A stretch of DNA of 64,000 nt from Camelus ferus (lineage: Eukaryota): assembly GCF_009834535.1 (NCBI RefSeq), contig NC_045697.1:111726001-111790000 (forward strand), in the 5' to 3' direction. Numbering within the stretch: the first letter of the stretch is position 1; each line of letters opens with the position of its first letter. The position numbers and the translations under genes are program-made. The notes beneath the pieces are model-generated. The model was not told the DNA's origin. It saw only the letters and a list, made by a program, of their open reading frames with translations, and made no database searches. Of this stretch, positions 47,985-60,950 are shown piece by piece.

Positions 47985-49370
47985 ATGGCCCTGGCGGCCT
48001 CCCTGGCACAGCTGCACGCGGAGGCCAGCTGCCCCATCTGCCTGGACTGCCTGACGGACCCGGTGACCACGGGCTGTGGGCACAACTTCTGTCACGCCTG
48101 CCTCCAGCAGCGCTGGGAGGGGCTCCGGGACCTCTTCCCCTGCCCGCTCTGCCTGCAGCCCTGCCCTGAGCGCAGCTGCAGGAGGAACAGCCAGTTAAGC
48201 CACCTGGCTGACGCTGTGAGGCAGCTTCCCAGCACGAGGGCCAAGAGGGGCCGGCAGGGGGAGGCCCCCCTGTGTGAGAAGCACAGTCAGGCCCTGAGCC
48301 TGTTCTGTGAGGAGGACCTGGAGCTGCTGTGTCCCCAGTGCAGGCTCTCCTCTGAGCACCGCCACCACCCCCTGGTGCCCGTGGAGCAAGCTGCAGTGTG
48401 TCACAGGAGGAGGCTCAAGGGCTACCTGGAGCCCCTGACAGAGCAGCTGGAAGCTGCTGAAAAGGGCTTAGAAATGCAAGTCTCCAAGTCATTTGAGTTG
48501 GTGTCCAACATGGAGAATCAAAGGAGCAAACTGCACTCTGAAGTTGAACACTTTAAGCGTTTCTTGGGAACAGAGCATGACGAAATTCATGTTAAGCTGC
48601 TAAATGAAGAAAAGAGTGTTGTAGACAAAATAACTGGGAAAAAAATCCAAATATCAGACCACGGATCCACGTTGAAAAGTCTGCTTTATGAAATAACCAA
48701 CAAGTGTTCCCAGACTGACCTGGATTTACTCACAGGCATTGAAAGAATCCACAGAAGCTATGAAAATTTAGAGAGCCCAGCAGCCTTTTGGTCTGAAGTG
48801 AAGAAGGAGGTTTTCACTCTCCCCCCACAGTATTTTGGCTTGCACAAAATGATCAGAACCTTTCAGGTCCATTTGACACTGGAGCCTGAAACTGCTCACC
48901 ACAGCCTCCAAATTTCACAAGATCGGAAAACTGCAACTTTTCGATGGATGGAACCAAACTGTGTTCATCCTCCCCAAGTGTTTACTTCTTACCCCGCTGT
49001 CCTGAGTTCAGAGGGTTTTGATGCTGGCAGGCATTTTTGGCAGGTAGAAGGCAGAGGCAGTGGGGAATGGTCCTTAGGGGTGTGTAAAGAATCTTTCCCT
49101 AGAAATTCTCTTGTGTCACCTTCCCCAAGCAATGGCTGCTGGCAAATTCAGCTCTGGGGAACCACCCGTGACACACGGGTTTCAGGAAATGCCTGTCGGA
49201 TTGGCATTTTTCTGGACTATGATTTGGGAGAAGTTTCTTTTTACAATTTGAATGATAGGTCTCCTTTGTATATATTCAGTGACATTTTTACAGAAAAACT
49301 TATGCCCTATTTCTCTATTAGACCTTCTTCTAAATCACTTACAATAAGTATAGTTGAAGATGAGTGCTGA
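47985..49370 (+). CDS. TRIM60/TRIM75-like E3 ligase, copy B, intact, 461 aa, single coding exon
   Basis: ATG in context cacgATGG. MALAASLAQLHAEASCPICLD with intact RING and B-box ligands, coiled-coil, LEPETAH PRY and IGIFLDYDLGEVSFYN SPRY. AATAAA at 49432-49437. Confidence 0.9.
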   Translation: MALAASLAQLHAEASCPICLDCLTDPVTTGCGHNFCHACLQQRWEGLRDLFPCPLCLQPCPERSCRRNSQLSHLADAVRQLPSTRAKRGRQGEAPLCEKHSQALSLFCEEDLELLCPQCRLSSEHRHHPLVPVEQAAVCHRRRLKGYLEPLTEQLEAAEKGLEMQVSKSFELVSNMENQRSKLHSEVEHFKRFLGTEHDEIHVKLLNEEKSVVDKITGKKIQISDHGSTLKSLLYEITNKCSQTDLDLLTGIERIHRSYENLESPAAFWSEVKKEVFTLPPQYFGLHKMIRTFQVHLTLEPETAHHSLQISQDRKTATFRWMEPNCVHPPQVFTSYPAVLSSEGFDAGRHFWQVEGRGSGEWSLGVCKESFPRNSLVSPSPSNGCWQIQLWGTTRDTRVSGNACRIGIFLDYDLGEVSFYNLNDRSPLYIFSDIFTEKLMPYFSIRPSSKSLTISIVEDEC

Positions 49371-52300
49371 GCCACCTTGGAAGACTTTCTGTATGATCCA
49401 CGTTCTTGCTATGTTCTTGGTAAGTCCTTGCAATAAAGAGTCTGAGTCCATCTTTGATGTCTGACTGCTGATGTCTTTTCACCCTCACCCTCGGGCCTCC
49501 CCTGTGCCCCACATCTGGGCAAGCTGTCAGGACAGCCTGGAGGCTCCTTCACTGGGCTAAGCAAGGCGGTTCTCACCCAGGACGGTCCTGGCTACAGAGG
49601 AGATTTCCCCAGCAACAAACCCCTCAGACTAGTGGCTTTTCTCTTTTCTCTGAAGACACTTCTGGACCAGTGGCCGCCCTGATTTCACACAAGGCCTCAG
49701 TGAGTGGTAATAAACGGTATGTTGTGGCAGTCTTGACACAGGTAAATTTTGAGTGGCTGGGGTTTTGCCTCAGTGGGTTGACCAGAGCACTCCTTAGAAT
49801 ATCGTTTGATTCCAGTTTTTCAGATATTCGGATCCCAGGGGGCATGCTACATTCATCTTTGTTTTTCAAGTATCAGAAGACAGGTAGTTTTAGCCTTTGT
49901 TTTTTAAAACTGTATTTGTGATTCCCATTTCTCCACAGAAAGGTGTGGGTGGGATTCTGTTACAAATTCCTTGAAATTTTTAGTTACAAAAATAATGTTT
50001 CACAACCGGTTCTTCTGAAAATTTCTACCACAAGACATCTAATTTGTCTTACATTGCAGTGAATGTCAGTGAATGTTGAAAAATAATACATGTAGATCGA
50101 CATGGACAACTATGAAAAAGCTCTCTGAAATGCATGGTTTTAGCTATTGTAAGTAAATGGCAGGTGCAAATGGGTTCATTAAAATGTCCTTCCTAACAAA
50201 GTTAAGGACCTTCACAACAGAGTAAAGGATGACTCTCTGATAGGAACAACTGAAGGAAATTTGTGATCTACACATGGGTTTTGAGGCCATGGCACTAGTT
50301 TATACAGACAAATTTGGATTTGAAGTCAGGTCCTGCAAAATCTCCAGTAACAGGACCTAAATCTTTTGCCAAATAATATCTCTGTACGATTAAATAACGT
50401 GATTGCCACAGACACAAACATATTAAAAATAAAGCATAAATTGACTATTAATTTATCACCTATCAGGTTTATCTGTGAAATTATTATTACTTTACACCCA
50501 CACTTTCAAGGGAAATCTGAAATTTAGGTTTGCTTGTTGTAATTTTGTCATATTTCCTGTTTTTAACCCAATGATCATTTTTTGCAAGGGTCAGCAAATA
50601 AGTTTCCTTTCCTTTTTTTTTTTCTTGTAGCTCTAGATAATAGGTATATCTATTAATAGGTAAATGTGGTATATACAGTGTGGTATACTTTTAAAAATAC
50701 TGATTAATATTGATTATTTTTAAAAGTTACCTGATTATAGTACAAATATAAAAATTACAGTATATAAGGTCATAATGGTCTCCCACTATGCTGGATCTCC
50801 CAGTCACATATTTTTACTTTTCACAGATAAACATTTCCTAGATCTTCATGTATACCACACATATTTTAAACACATATGTACTAACACAAACACATCCACA
50901 CATTCAAATGGTGGTATATTACACACCATTATGATTGTTTTTCATTTTTATTTTGTTTACACCTTTACATTATTTTGGAAATTGATATTTCAATACATAT
51001 AAATGGTCATTCTACTTAAAGCATCATCAGTCCAATTTGGATGCACTATAATTCACTTAAGCAATCCTCCAATGATAAACTTCACTTGTGACAGTATTTT
51101 CTCAAAATCAGTAGGACAACAAATAACCTTGGGTATCTATCTTTCACATGTATGGGACACCACTTTATGAAAAATTCCTTAAAATCTCAGAATCCTTAAC
51201 ACAGCATTCTAGGCCTCGCTGCTACAAATCAATCAGCACTGTCCTGAGATGAAGCCTGTTAGTCATTATTGGCATAGCAAGTAATCCATATAATTTAATG
51301 TCCATTTCCTTCTCAAAAACAAACAAACAAAAGATTTCAGGAGATACCTGTCGGATTGGTGTTTTGGATTGCTGAGTCAATGGTACACGCTGCATTTCCA
51401 ATGCTCATACTGGCAGATTGCCCCGTGAGTAGGATATTGGCAAACTACTGCCTGCAGACTGAATCCAGCCCAGTACGTGCTTTGGTAAAAAGGGCTGAAT
51501 TGGAACACGGCAGGCCATTATTTGCTGTATTATCTATGGCTGCTTTCATGCTACAGTGGCAGCACTGAGTAACTGCCAAGAGATCATATATACTATATAA
51601 AAAATTCTTAAAGAATATTAAGTTACTCTCTCCCTCAAAAGTCTCTAAGGACCATTTCATAGACTACAACAATGCCTATCATGGCCTTGTGACCCTACCA
51701 AAAAAAAAAAAAAAAAAAAGGTTGGCTCTCCCTCTAACTCACCTCTCTGATCTCACTGTTAACTTTTTCCACTTCACTGACTTCCTCTATGTGTTGGCCT
51801 CCTTGCTGTCCCGGGCTTGCCAATCCCATCCCCATAACATTTGCTCTAGCCATTCATTCTGCAGTGCTCCACCAATGCTATTCCCTCATCCAGTTTTGCA
51901 TTCTTTATTCTCTAAGACGCCTACCCTGACCGCCAGTCTTCACGGCTGACCCTTTCCCACACACAGTACTCTCGTGCTGTTGACACTGATCAGCTTCTCC
52001 CTGTTCCTACAGCACTTTCTCAGCCTGAAAGAACTGTAGCAATCATTTATTATTTGATTGTCTTTTTTCTCCATTCTAGAAGTACACTGCTCCAGGACAG
52101 GAATCTTTTCTTTTGCTCAGCTAGTACAATTCTGGATTGAAGGTATCTGCTTAGTTTTATATGTCAGTGTTGCTGGGCCTTGGTGCCCATACATGTTGTC
52201 AAATAGTATTCTAGCTGTTTCTCTGAGACTGCATTTGGATGAGGTTAACATTTAAATTGGTGGACTTTAAGCAGACTGCCATCCAAAGTGTGGGGGAGCC

Positions 52301-53326
52301 TCACCCAATCTGAATAGAACAGAAGACTGACCTACAACGAACAAGAGGGAGTTCAGCCAAAGGATGACTTTCGGATTTCAGCTGCAGCCTAGAGTCTTCT
52401 CTGGTTAACAGTATACGTCCTATTGCTTGTTTCTCTGGAGAATCCTGACAAATGGAGTATCTCAGAATTCAGCAAGATAAATGAACAAACAAAACTCAAA
52501 CTTTTAGGAATAAAAATATTTAAACACTATAAAAAAAATCAGTATCCAAAGTATCAAGGATCAGACTGGTATCACACTTCTCAAAAACAACGATAATGAA
52601 TTATATGGAAACATTTTCATCACAACACTCCAAAATGAAGAGAAACAAGCAGGAAGATACAGGATTAAACCAATAAGGAATCCAAGATTGGAGGACAAGT
52701 CCCAGGATAGTGGGGTGGGATGATAACTATATATATATATAGCTTGTCCAGATTGCAACATGAGATTCAGAACCATGTTCACAAGGGAAAAAAACCTTAA
52801 GATTACCTATGATTTGCATAAATGTGTATAGGGAAAGGGTTTTTAATAGGCAAAAATCCTCATTATTCATAAGTATCAGTCAGTTGTGTCAACTGGTAAC
52901 AGACACATAAAGAACAGAACATGATATTAAGGTATATAAGATATACGGAGGTAAACAGAAAAATCCACTAAAAAGAAAGGTAGGTATGTGGTAAGGAGGA
53001 CTGTTGACAAGATTTATATCACTGTAAAGAAATAACTGTAACTAAAAAACAATTTACGGGCAATTTCAACAGCAAATCATTTATTGGATGTGTCAAGTAA
53101 TATAATTCTCAACTACTTCATCTTAGAAATAAACAGAACTTGAAAACTGATACCTATAATACCTATGAAATTGGCATTACTACCATGTTTTTATTGTTAC
53201 TGAAAATGCAGACTACAAATCTATTCTGGTTTTCAGCAGCAATCCTTAAAAACAGTCCCAGGATTACTGAAGCTAAATTTCCTAAGTTGCCGCTAAACAC
53301 TGATGCTGTACTGTTTCCCAGGTACT

Positions 53327-54742
53327 TCAACTTTCATCAGCTGTTACTGAAGATATTTTAAGAGGTTCCGAATCGATTCCAGTATAGAAGTAGGGGCAAA
53401 TGGCTTCTGTAAATGAATCACTAAAACTATAGAGAAGAGATCTGTCACTCAGATTGTAAAAGGAAACCTCACCCAAGTCATAGTCCAGAAAAATGCCAAT
53501 CTTACTGGGTCCTACCATGGGCAGGAGACGGTTTCTCTTAGGACCCGACACAACATAAATACTCTCAGCATACCGCCCAACTGCCCAGAATCCACCCTCA
53601 ACCACTGGCTGACTCCGCCAGTTCCTAGGAAACCAGTCTTGACACACCCCCAATGTCCATTTAGGCTTGTTTCCCACTTCTACCTCCCAGTAATGCCTAC
53701 CAGAATGGAATCTGTTACAACCCAGGACAGCAGGGCAGAGATAAAATCTCCTTGGGTTATAACAAAGGCTTTGTTTTCTCTTCTCATATCGCACAATTTT
53801 TCTATCCTCAGAGACAATAAGCTGCGGATGTGCTGTTTCAAGGTCTAGAATCACATCTACTTGAAATGGCTTGATAATTCTGTCAAAGTCAGAATACTGT
53901 GGAGGAAGGTTAAACCCATATTTCTTTAGTTGGAATGAAAAGCGTTCAGGAGGGGTTAGGTTTTGATACCTGTGGTGGATACTCTTAACCTGCCTCAGTA
54001 CTTCCAGGTCTGACTGCACACACTTACCCTCTACCTCCCTCAGCAGATGTTTCAATGAGGAAACATGATCTGTAAATGTTACAAAGTTTTCATTTAGTTT
54101 TGCTAAAATCTCCATCTCTTCATCTTCCATCTGCCGAAGAATATCCTCTTGCTGATTTTGTAGAAACAGTCTAAGTTGCTCAAATTCAGAATGTATTTCT
54201 TCTCTCCTATATTTCACCTGCTTTCTCAGTTCAACTGATTTGCTGGCTTGCAGAGTTAGCACTTTTTCAACTTGTTCCATATTATCCTTCAAGGGCTTAA
54301 TGGTACATTCCAGAATTTTCCTGTAATGAGAGGCAGCTTTCTTAATGGGGCAAATGCAGTGTTTCTGGTGCTGAATGGAGAAACTGCACTGTGTACATAA
54401 AACCTCTAGGTCCTTCCCACAAAAAAGGGTCAGAAGCTGGTTGTGCGTCTCACACATGGAACTCTCTTCCTGCCTCTTCCTCTTGCTCCTTCTGATCTGC
54501 AGCAGCTTAGCAATTTCAGTCAAATGGCTGAGCTGGGAGTTGCTCCTGATATTCCTGTCTTGAAAGCAAACACGGCAGACAGGACAGTGGGCGGGAGCAC
54601 CCAGGCCCTTCCAAGTCCTGCTGATGCATGAGCGACAGAAGTTGTGCCCACAGTTGATCGTTACCGGGTCTTTCAAGTAGTCCAGGCAGATCGGGCAGCT
54701 AGACTCCTCCTGGAGCTGTACCAGCGCTGTCACAAACTCCAT
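53327..54742 (-). CDS. TRIM60: Tripartite motif-containing protein 60 (RNF33), 471 aa, single coding exon
   Basis: MEFVTALVQLQEESSCPICLDYLKDPVTINCGHNFC... and ...PYFYTGIDSEPLKI closely match TRIM60 as I recall it. Minus-strand AATAAA at 53190-53195 and 53080-53085. Confidence 0.95.
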   Translation of the reverse strand: MEFVTALVQLQEESSCPICLDYLKDPVTINCGHNFCRSCISRTWKGLGAPAHCPVCRVCFQDRNIRSNSQLSHLTEIAKLLQIRRSKRKRQEESSMCETHNQLLTLFCGKDLEVLCTQCSFSIQHQKHCICPIKKAASHYRKILECTIKPLKDNMEQVEKVLTLQASKSVELRKQVKYRREEIHSEFEQLRLFLQNQQEDILRQMEDEEMEILAKLNENFVTFTDHVSSLKHLLREVEGKCVQSDLEVLRQVKSIHHRYQNLTPPERFSFQLKKYGFNLPPQYSDFDRIIKPFQVDVILDLETAHPQLIVSEDRKIVRYEKRKQSLCYNPRRFYLCPAVLGCNRFHSGRHYWEVEVGNKPKWTLGVCQDWFPRNWRSQPVVEGGFWAVGRYAESIYVVSGPKRNRLLPMVGPSKIGIFLDYDLGEVSFYNLSDRSLLYSFSDSFTEAICPYFYTGIDSEPLKISSVTADES

Positions 54743-55021
54743 GGAGTCTTACCACAACAATGCTCCCTTTGGCAAGGATGGCCTCAAGCTCAAGCCCAGA
54801 GGAGGAGTAGCTATCCTCGCTCAGAGATCGCAGACTGACCAGCTCTGGGTGTCACTGGACCAGCCTGCCGAGCAGCCACTGAAGTCTTGTCTAGCCCCCT
54901 CAACGTGAAGGGCAAGTAGGTTCACTGCTTATAGCTCTATCACAAATTAGCCGATCTACATTTAACATGAAAGACTTGCTTCTTGAAGAAAGTAGCCACA
55001 GGTTCAAGCAAGCAGTCATTT

Positions 55022-55045
55022 CTAAGGAAGAAAAAAGTTTTTAAT
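55022..55045 (-). promoter_or_regulatory. Predicted splice acceptor for the TRIM60 coding exon
   Basis: Minus strand reads acttttttcttccttag|aaatg; the exon would begin at 55021. Confidence 0.65.
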
Positions 55046-55735
55046 TTCTACATTTCCCAGGCTTGCAATTGCAATATCCTAATTCAGATAAAAATCAACT
55101 GACTGCCGAAACCCTAAGGTAAAATTTCCTGGGTTATAATATATTCATACATCTCAAAATATCACCCCAAGAATTACAGTTCCTTTACAGAGAGACAAAG
55201 TAAGTGCCTTTACAATATAGAGATCTAGAGAATACCTCATCAATGAAGGGACAAACTGATGGCCTGCAATGGGAAGAAAATCAATTATGGAACATTTCTG
55301 CCAGCCCACCACTGCCAAAAAATCTAATCACAGGGGAGTAATCACTAAAATCCAAACCACTGCAACATTCAATAAGACAATAGTCTTAAAAATCTGCATA
55401 AACAACAATGGACTGAAAAACATAGGGGAAATATTCTACATTAAATAGACTAAACAACTAGGAGAAATTTATGATCTTAAGCTTTGATTCGAGATAGGCA
55501 GAAAAACTGCCATAAAGTCAATAGTATGGTACAATGGGAAAATTTTGGATATGTACTATTTATTAGATAACAATATTATCAAAGTTAAGCTTCCTGAATT
55601 CAATCATTACACTTTAGCTACATTAAGAAATTATCCTACTCTTAGGAAATACCTCCTGAAACACTTATGGATGACGGGTCATGATCTCTGAATGTTACTC
55701 TGAAATATTACTTTAAAAAAAGTGGATGGGGGGGT

Positions 55736-56030
55736 GGGGAGGTATAGCTCAAGTGGTAGAGTACATGCTTAGCAAGTACAAGGTCCTGGGTTCAATCCCC
55801 AGTACTCCTTCTGAAAAAATAAATAACTAAACCTAGTTACCATCCTCCCCCAAAATAAAGAATTTTAAAATTTTTACAAAGGGGGGAAGGTATAGCACAC
55901 ACAGTAGAGTGTGCTTAGCATGCACTAAGTCCTGGGTTCAATCCCCAGGACCTCCACTAAAAAATAAAATAAAAAATTAATTAAAAAATACATAAAGAAA
56001 CCTAATTACCCCCACCTCCAAACTTTTTTT
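55736..56030 (+). mobile_element. Two tandem tRNA-derived SINEs (Vic-1-like)
   Basis: Heads at ~55736 and ~55881; the pair is flanked by aaagtgg (55719-55725 and 56034-56040). Confidence 0.8.
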
Positions 56031-56820
56031 TTTAAAGTGGGTGGCATGGTTTTGGTCTGAAGTGGGAGTGACATGGGTGTGACTACAGGAGGGTAGTACA
56101 AAAGACTTCAAAGAGATAGAAAGTTCTGTAACTTGACTTTGCTGGCAGCTATATGCATCTGTATGTGCTAAGTGTCACAGAACTATACATATTCATTTTA
56201 CCAATATCAAATTTCTGGTTTTGATATTATATTGTTAAGAAACATGAGAACATGCACAGTGGGTATCAGGGTGTACTATCTCTGTACTATCTTGAGAAGT
56301 TCCTGTGAATCTATAATTATTTCAAAATATTAAGGCTTTAGGAAAATCACCTGCAGGCTCATCCAAATGTTTAACCCAGAGGGAAGTGGTGCAGTTCATT
56401 CTATACAGTTCCCTGGGACACATGATCCATTACTATGTCCCTTGCTTTTTCTACTCATTGATTGTACATTTTGGGGGCAGTCTGCTACCTTGTGAGATAC
56501 ATGGACACAGTATAGAGGCCCCACCCAGACCAAGCTGCCATCAGCTCTTGTACCACCGTCTACCTGGTCAGCCTGCTTCCACTCTCGCTCCCTTGCATCC
56601 ATTCACCACTCAGCAATCACATTTTTCCATTGAATAGACAACTTAGAATCTCTCTCTCCAGTGCTTACATTCCTTCAGTATCTGAATCCTCATCTTCTCA
56701 ACACAGTATACAAAGCCCTATAAAATACTGACCCCTACTAGTCACTTTGAGCTGGAGTCCTATCATTCTTCCTACCTCGGTACACTGCAGCGACAATTAT
56801 CTTGTTGTGGTTGAATATGC

Positions 56821-57319
56821 TGTAGATGAAAAGTCAATTCATGATCAAGTTAAGAAGAGGGGGAATTTTATTCAAGCCAAACTGAGGATTATAACCCAGG
56901 AGACAGACTCTCAGAAAGCTCTGGGAACTGTTCCACCTGCTAGAAGTTGAAGGCCCAGTTATATACATTTTCAAGACAAAGGATCATACAGCAAAATGAT
57001 ATACTGACATTTTACATAAAGTTCACCAAGGATGCATAGTTCAAGTAAGCGTGTACAAAGGAAGCAGCAAGTCATTACGACCTCCTACAGAGTTGGGAAA
57101 GAATGCTATTCTTTTAAGTTATATTGCTAGGGTCAGAAAAAAGGTAAAAATTTGGTCTTTAAGTCGGAGCAGGCACTCCCATCTTTGCGGAGCCCTGGTT
57201 AATGTGTAATGCTGCACATACTGCACTATGAGGAAGGAGAGAGGTGGCCTAAACAGAGAGAGAGAATTTCATGCTTAAATTTTCTTGTCCTGCCTTAAAA
57301 TATAAATTTTATTTCATCA
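56821..57319. mobile_element. Solo LTR
   Basis: Inverted termini tgtagatgaaa...tttcatca; similar in style to the element at ~4854-5325. Confidence 0.5.
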
Positions 57320-58174
57320 ATGCTGAGGTCATTGCTACGGAGTGGAGCATTCTCTTCAGGAACCTTTGTACACCTCTGTCTTTCTCTTCAGGTCTTCTCT
57401 CTCAAATGCTGTCTCCTCAGGGAAACAGTTTCTACTCACCCAATCTGACTGCCTTCTTCTCCCTACACTCTCTTGCTATCTCTATTTTCTTCCATAGAAT
57501 GCAATCATAATCTGAAATTGTCTACTTCATGTATTTGCTTGTTAGTTACTCTCTCTTTTGGCCATGAATATTGAATAAGTACATTCTTAGTCTACCTTTT
57601 TCATTGGCATGTAGAAAATACTCAAGGACTTTTTATTAAAAACTGAGTAACAATAATGCATACATAAATGAATAAACCCTAAAAAACACAAATATTAAAA
57701 AAGTCAATGTTATATAAAATAAAAAAGTGGGAAGACTGTTCAAGATTACGAGAGTTTAAAGAGACAACCAAATGCAATGTGTGATATCTGACTATAACTG
57801 GGAACAGAGAGAAAGTTATAAAGATCACTGTGAACATAACTGAGAATACTTAAACATGAACCTGTATTAGATAATTAAGGTATATCAATATAAACTGGGT
57901 ACAATAAAGTTTTATAATGAAAAAGGAAACTATCCACATTCTCAAGAAATATTAGCTTAAATATTTAAGGGAAAACTGACATATCTGTAATATAAACTGT
58001 TCAAGAGTCTATTTTACACTCATACACACACTAGCACTCATATGTAGAAAGAATACTGGTCATCCCAAATCTTAAAAAACTGGACACTCTAAGCAAGGGA
58101 ATAAGAGGGTTTACTACATTATTCTTTTAACATCGCTGTAGGTTTGAAAAATTTCCAAAAAGTTAAAAGAAAAA

Positions 58175-58520
58175 AGAGGACACTAATGAACTCATCTATA
58201 AAAGAAACAGATTTGCAGACATAGTAAATAGTCTTGTGGTTACCAGGGAAAGGGGGTGGGATGGGATAAATCTGGGAGTTTGAGATTTGCAAATGTTAAG
58301 CACTATATGTATAAACAGATAAAAAATTTCTTCTGTATAGCACAGGGAACTATATTCAATATTTTGTAATAACCTTTAATGAAAAAGAACATGAAAACAA
58401 ATATATATGCATGATTGGGAGGTTATACTGTATACCAGTTACAATTGACACATTGTAACTGACTATATTTCAATTAAAAAAAAAGATTATAACTCAATAA
58501 AAAAAATGTTAAAAAAAAAA
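58175..58520 (+). mobile_element. L1 3' end
   Basis: tatagcacagggaactatattcaat motif and a poly(A) tail; related to the copy at 38000-38306. Confidence 0.75.
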
Positions 58521-60019
58521 GGTTAGAGAAACTTCTAGTTGATTTATCTATTCTATCATGCCCAATTTCCAGGCAGAGTTATTTTCTCAAATAGTGGCTA
58601 CTCAGTACACTGTTCTTTTCCTTCTCCCTCACGCTACCAGGCACCATTCTTTTAAATTTTCCTGCTGCTCACATTTCACATAAAATGAGGCTTGAACATA
58701 GTAAAATTGTCTTGATTTCACATTTGATGTTGGATTTGTCTTTATGACCAAGAGGAAATCACCTCATTCTGACTCCCAATTCTAAACTACATCTTATTTT
58801 AAAATTAGTAAAATGTGAAAAAAAAGTGCATCTTAGAATTGGTTATATATACTTGTCGTGCATTTAACATCTTCTCCTCACCCATTTTAACTAACTCACT
58901 TTAAGAGAACATCAGGCTTAAGAGTCCTGAAGGAACTTAGACAAGCCAGTTGGACTGAGTGTGGCCTGCCTTCCTGAATATACATGCAGGTAGCCCAGGT
59001 AACCCTATTCTAGAGGTAAATCACACCACCCACACCCTTCCCGCCCCACCCCCAACACAGCCAATACATACCTTGAGTCTGATTTACTTGCCAGATATTT
59101 TGGCTACTATTATCCATGCATGTTTGTTTGGAAAGCAGGGCTTGTGTCAGGTGTGTGAATGGTAGGAATGGGCTGGTAGAGGTGGGTTTTCAAATGGACT
59201 GACCCACAACTCCTATTTCCTTTTCCTCTGATCTAGCAGGGCTCAGTATTTCTTAGACCCTCAGTTAATCTCCCATCTGTGCAAAAATTATTCCCTTTCC
59301 TCACTTTTTCCCTGAGTTGAGTTGAGGCTTTTTGGAAGGAATTCAAGTCACCTTCTCTGGTAAGGCTGGCTGTGTGTCAGGCACTGTGGTAGGTGTGTGG
59401 CAACACAGTCACTGATTCTCACTTAAACACAACTTTGTGAAATTAGTGCCAGGAGAGGCAATTCATCACAGGCCCTGAGCATCTCTGCATTCATCCTCTA
59501 CATTTGCCAGGAATGCAGGGCCCTGATTTCCCTTCACCCAGGCCATTTCTCAGGGTTGTCTGAAGAAAGCACCCTTGAAACAGGAGGTAAAGTCTCCCTG
59601 TGGAACCAAAAACAGGTTTTCTCTAAAAGTGGATCCCCCAAACTCAGGGTTACTTGGCTGTGTTACAAACCCACGGTGTACACGGCATCCACGTGGCCCC
59701 TCCAGCACCTCTGTGGGACTTGGGAGGTATGGGGACCTGATGCAAACGTGATGCTCATGTTGCTGGCTCTGCCGGTACTAAGAGTCCTCTGTGTCTGACC
59801 CAGGAGTTTGTGTCACCTGGCACCAACTATGAAACATTAACAGGCTAACTTATCAGCTTCCTAGTAGAGTAAAACCACAAACTTTGACAGTTGGGAGACA
59901 AGTCCTCATTGCAGCTGTGAAATTTGAAAATTTGAACAGGCTTATCCAAAGTCATAATTAATTGGTGTAACTACTGCCATTATTCTAAACCATTAAGCAT
60001 CCTCTACTTCTTGTTACTT

Positions 60020-60950
60020 CTGTACCTAATAAATACGAATTTGGTCTTCCTATCAGGTTCCTAACACAGGGCTCTGAACATCCTGAAATCTCCCTAGTGA
60101 CAAGAGTGTGTTCTGCAAGCTAAGTGATGGCCAAGGACTCCTAAACAGCTTCAGAATGGAGGCAAGTCGCCAGAAAGATCAAGGTATGATTAGAGTTGAG
60201 AGTTACACTTCTAACCTGTGACTTCCTGGGGAGAGGAACTGGAGATTGAGGTAATCACCAATGGCCAAAGATTTAATAAACCATGTCTACATAATGAAAC
60301 CTCCATTAAAAAAAAAAATCCCTAAATGTTGGGGTTCAGAGAACTTCTGGGTTGATGAATACACCATGGTGCTGTGGGAACAGCATGCAGTACCTAACCC
60401 AGAACAGATGCTGAATAAGTGGTACTTGTACCAAAAAAAAAAAAAAAAAAAAAAAGACCTGCTTGAAAGGCTGGCCCTTGGCTGTCTGGGAACTTGGATT
60501 TTGTAAGGATTCCCACCATTCCCTGATAATGCTTTACTGCGCTCAAGCGTAGATTTCAATGACGTGGCTTATGCTAACCACCAGAATTTCTTCTGAGAAT
60601 CTGGAAATTTGATACATGCTAGGCAGAGGCTGACTACATAACCTGTTCCCCCCCAAATTCTTGGGCAACAAGCCTCTAAAGAGCTTCCCTGGCAGACATT
60701 TTGTGCATTTTGCCACAACTTGTTGCAGGAGGTATTAAGTGGGTCTTGTGTGACTCTACTGGGAGAGGATTCCTGGAAGTTAGCCTTGGTTTCCTCCAGA
60801 CTTCACCTCATGCATCTTTTCCCTTTGCTGATTTTGCATGTATCCATTCACTACAATCAATCATAGTTCTGAGTACACTTCATGCTGAGCCCCATAAGTC
60901 CTCCTAGTAATGGCTGAACCTAGGTGCAGTCTTGGGGACCCCTAGACACA
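60020..60950. mobile_element. MER21-like LTR element
   Basis: accaatggccaaagatttaat...gagaacttctgggttg and gactctactgggagagga motifs, recognised by eye. Confidence 0.5.

Larger units (their letters stand above)
38310..50050 (+). repeat. Segmental duplication unit B
   Basis: 38318-39648 aligns to 29258-30570, and 47314-50050 aligns to 30569-33311. Confidence 0.9.
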
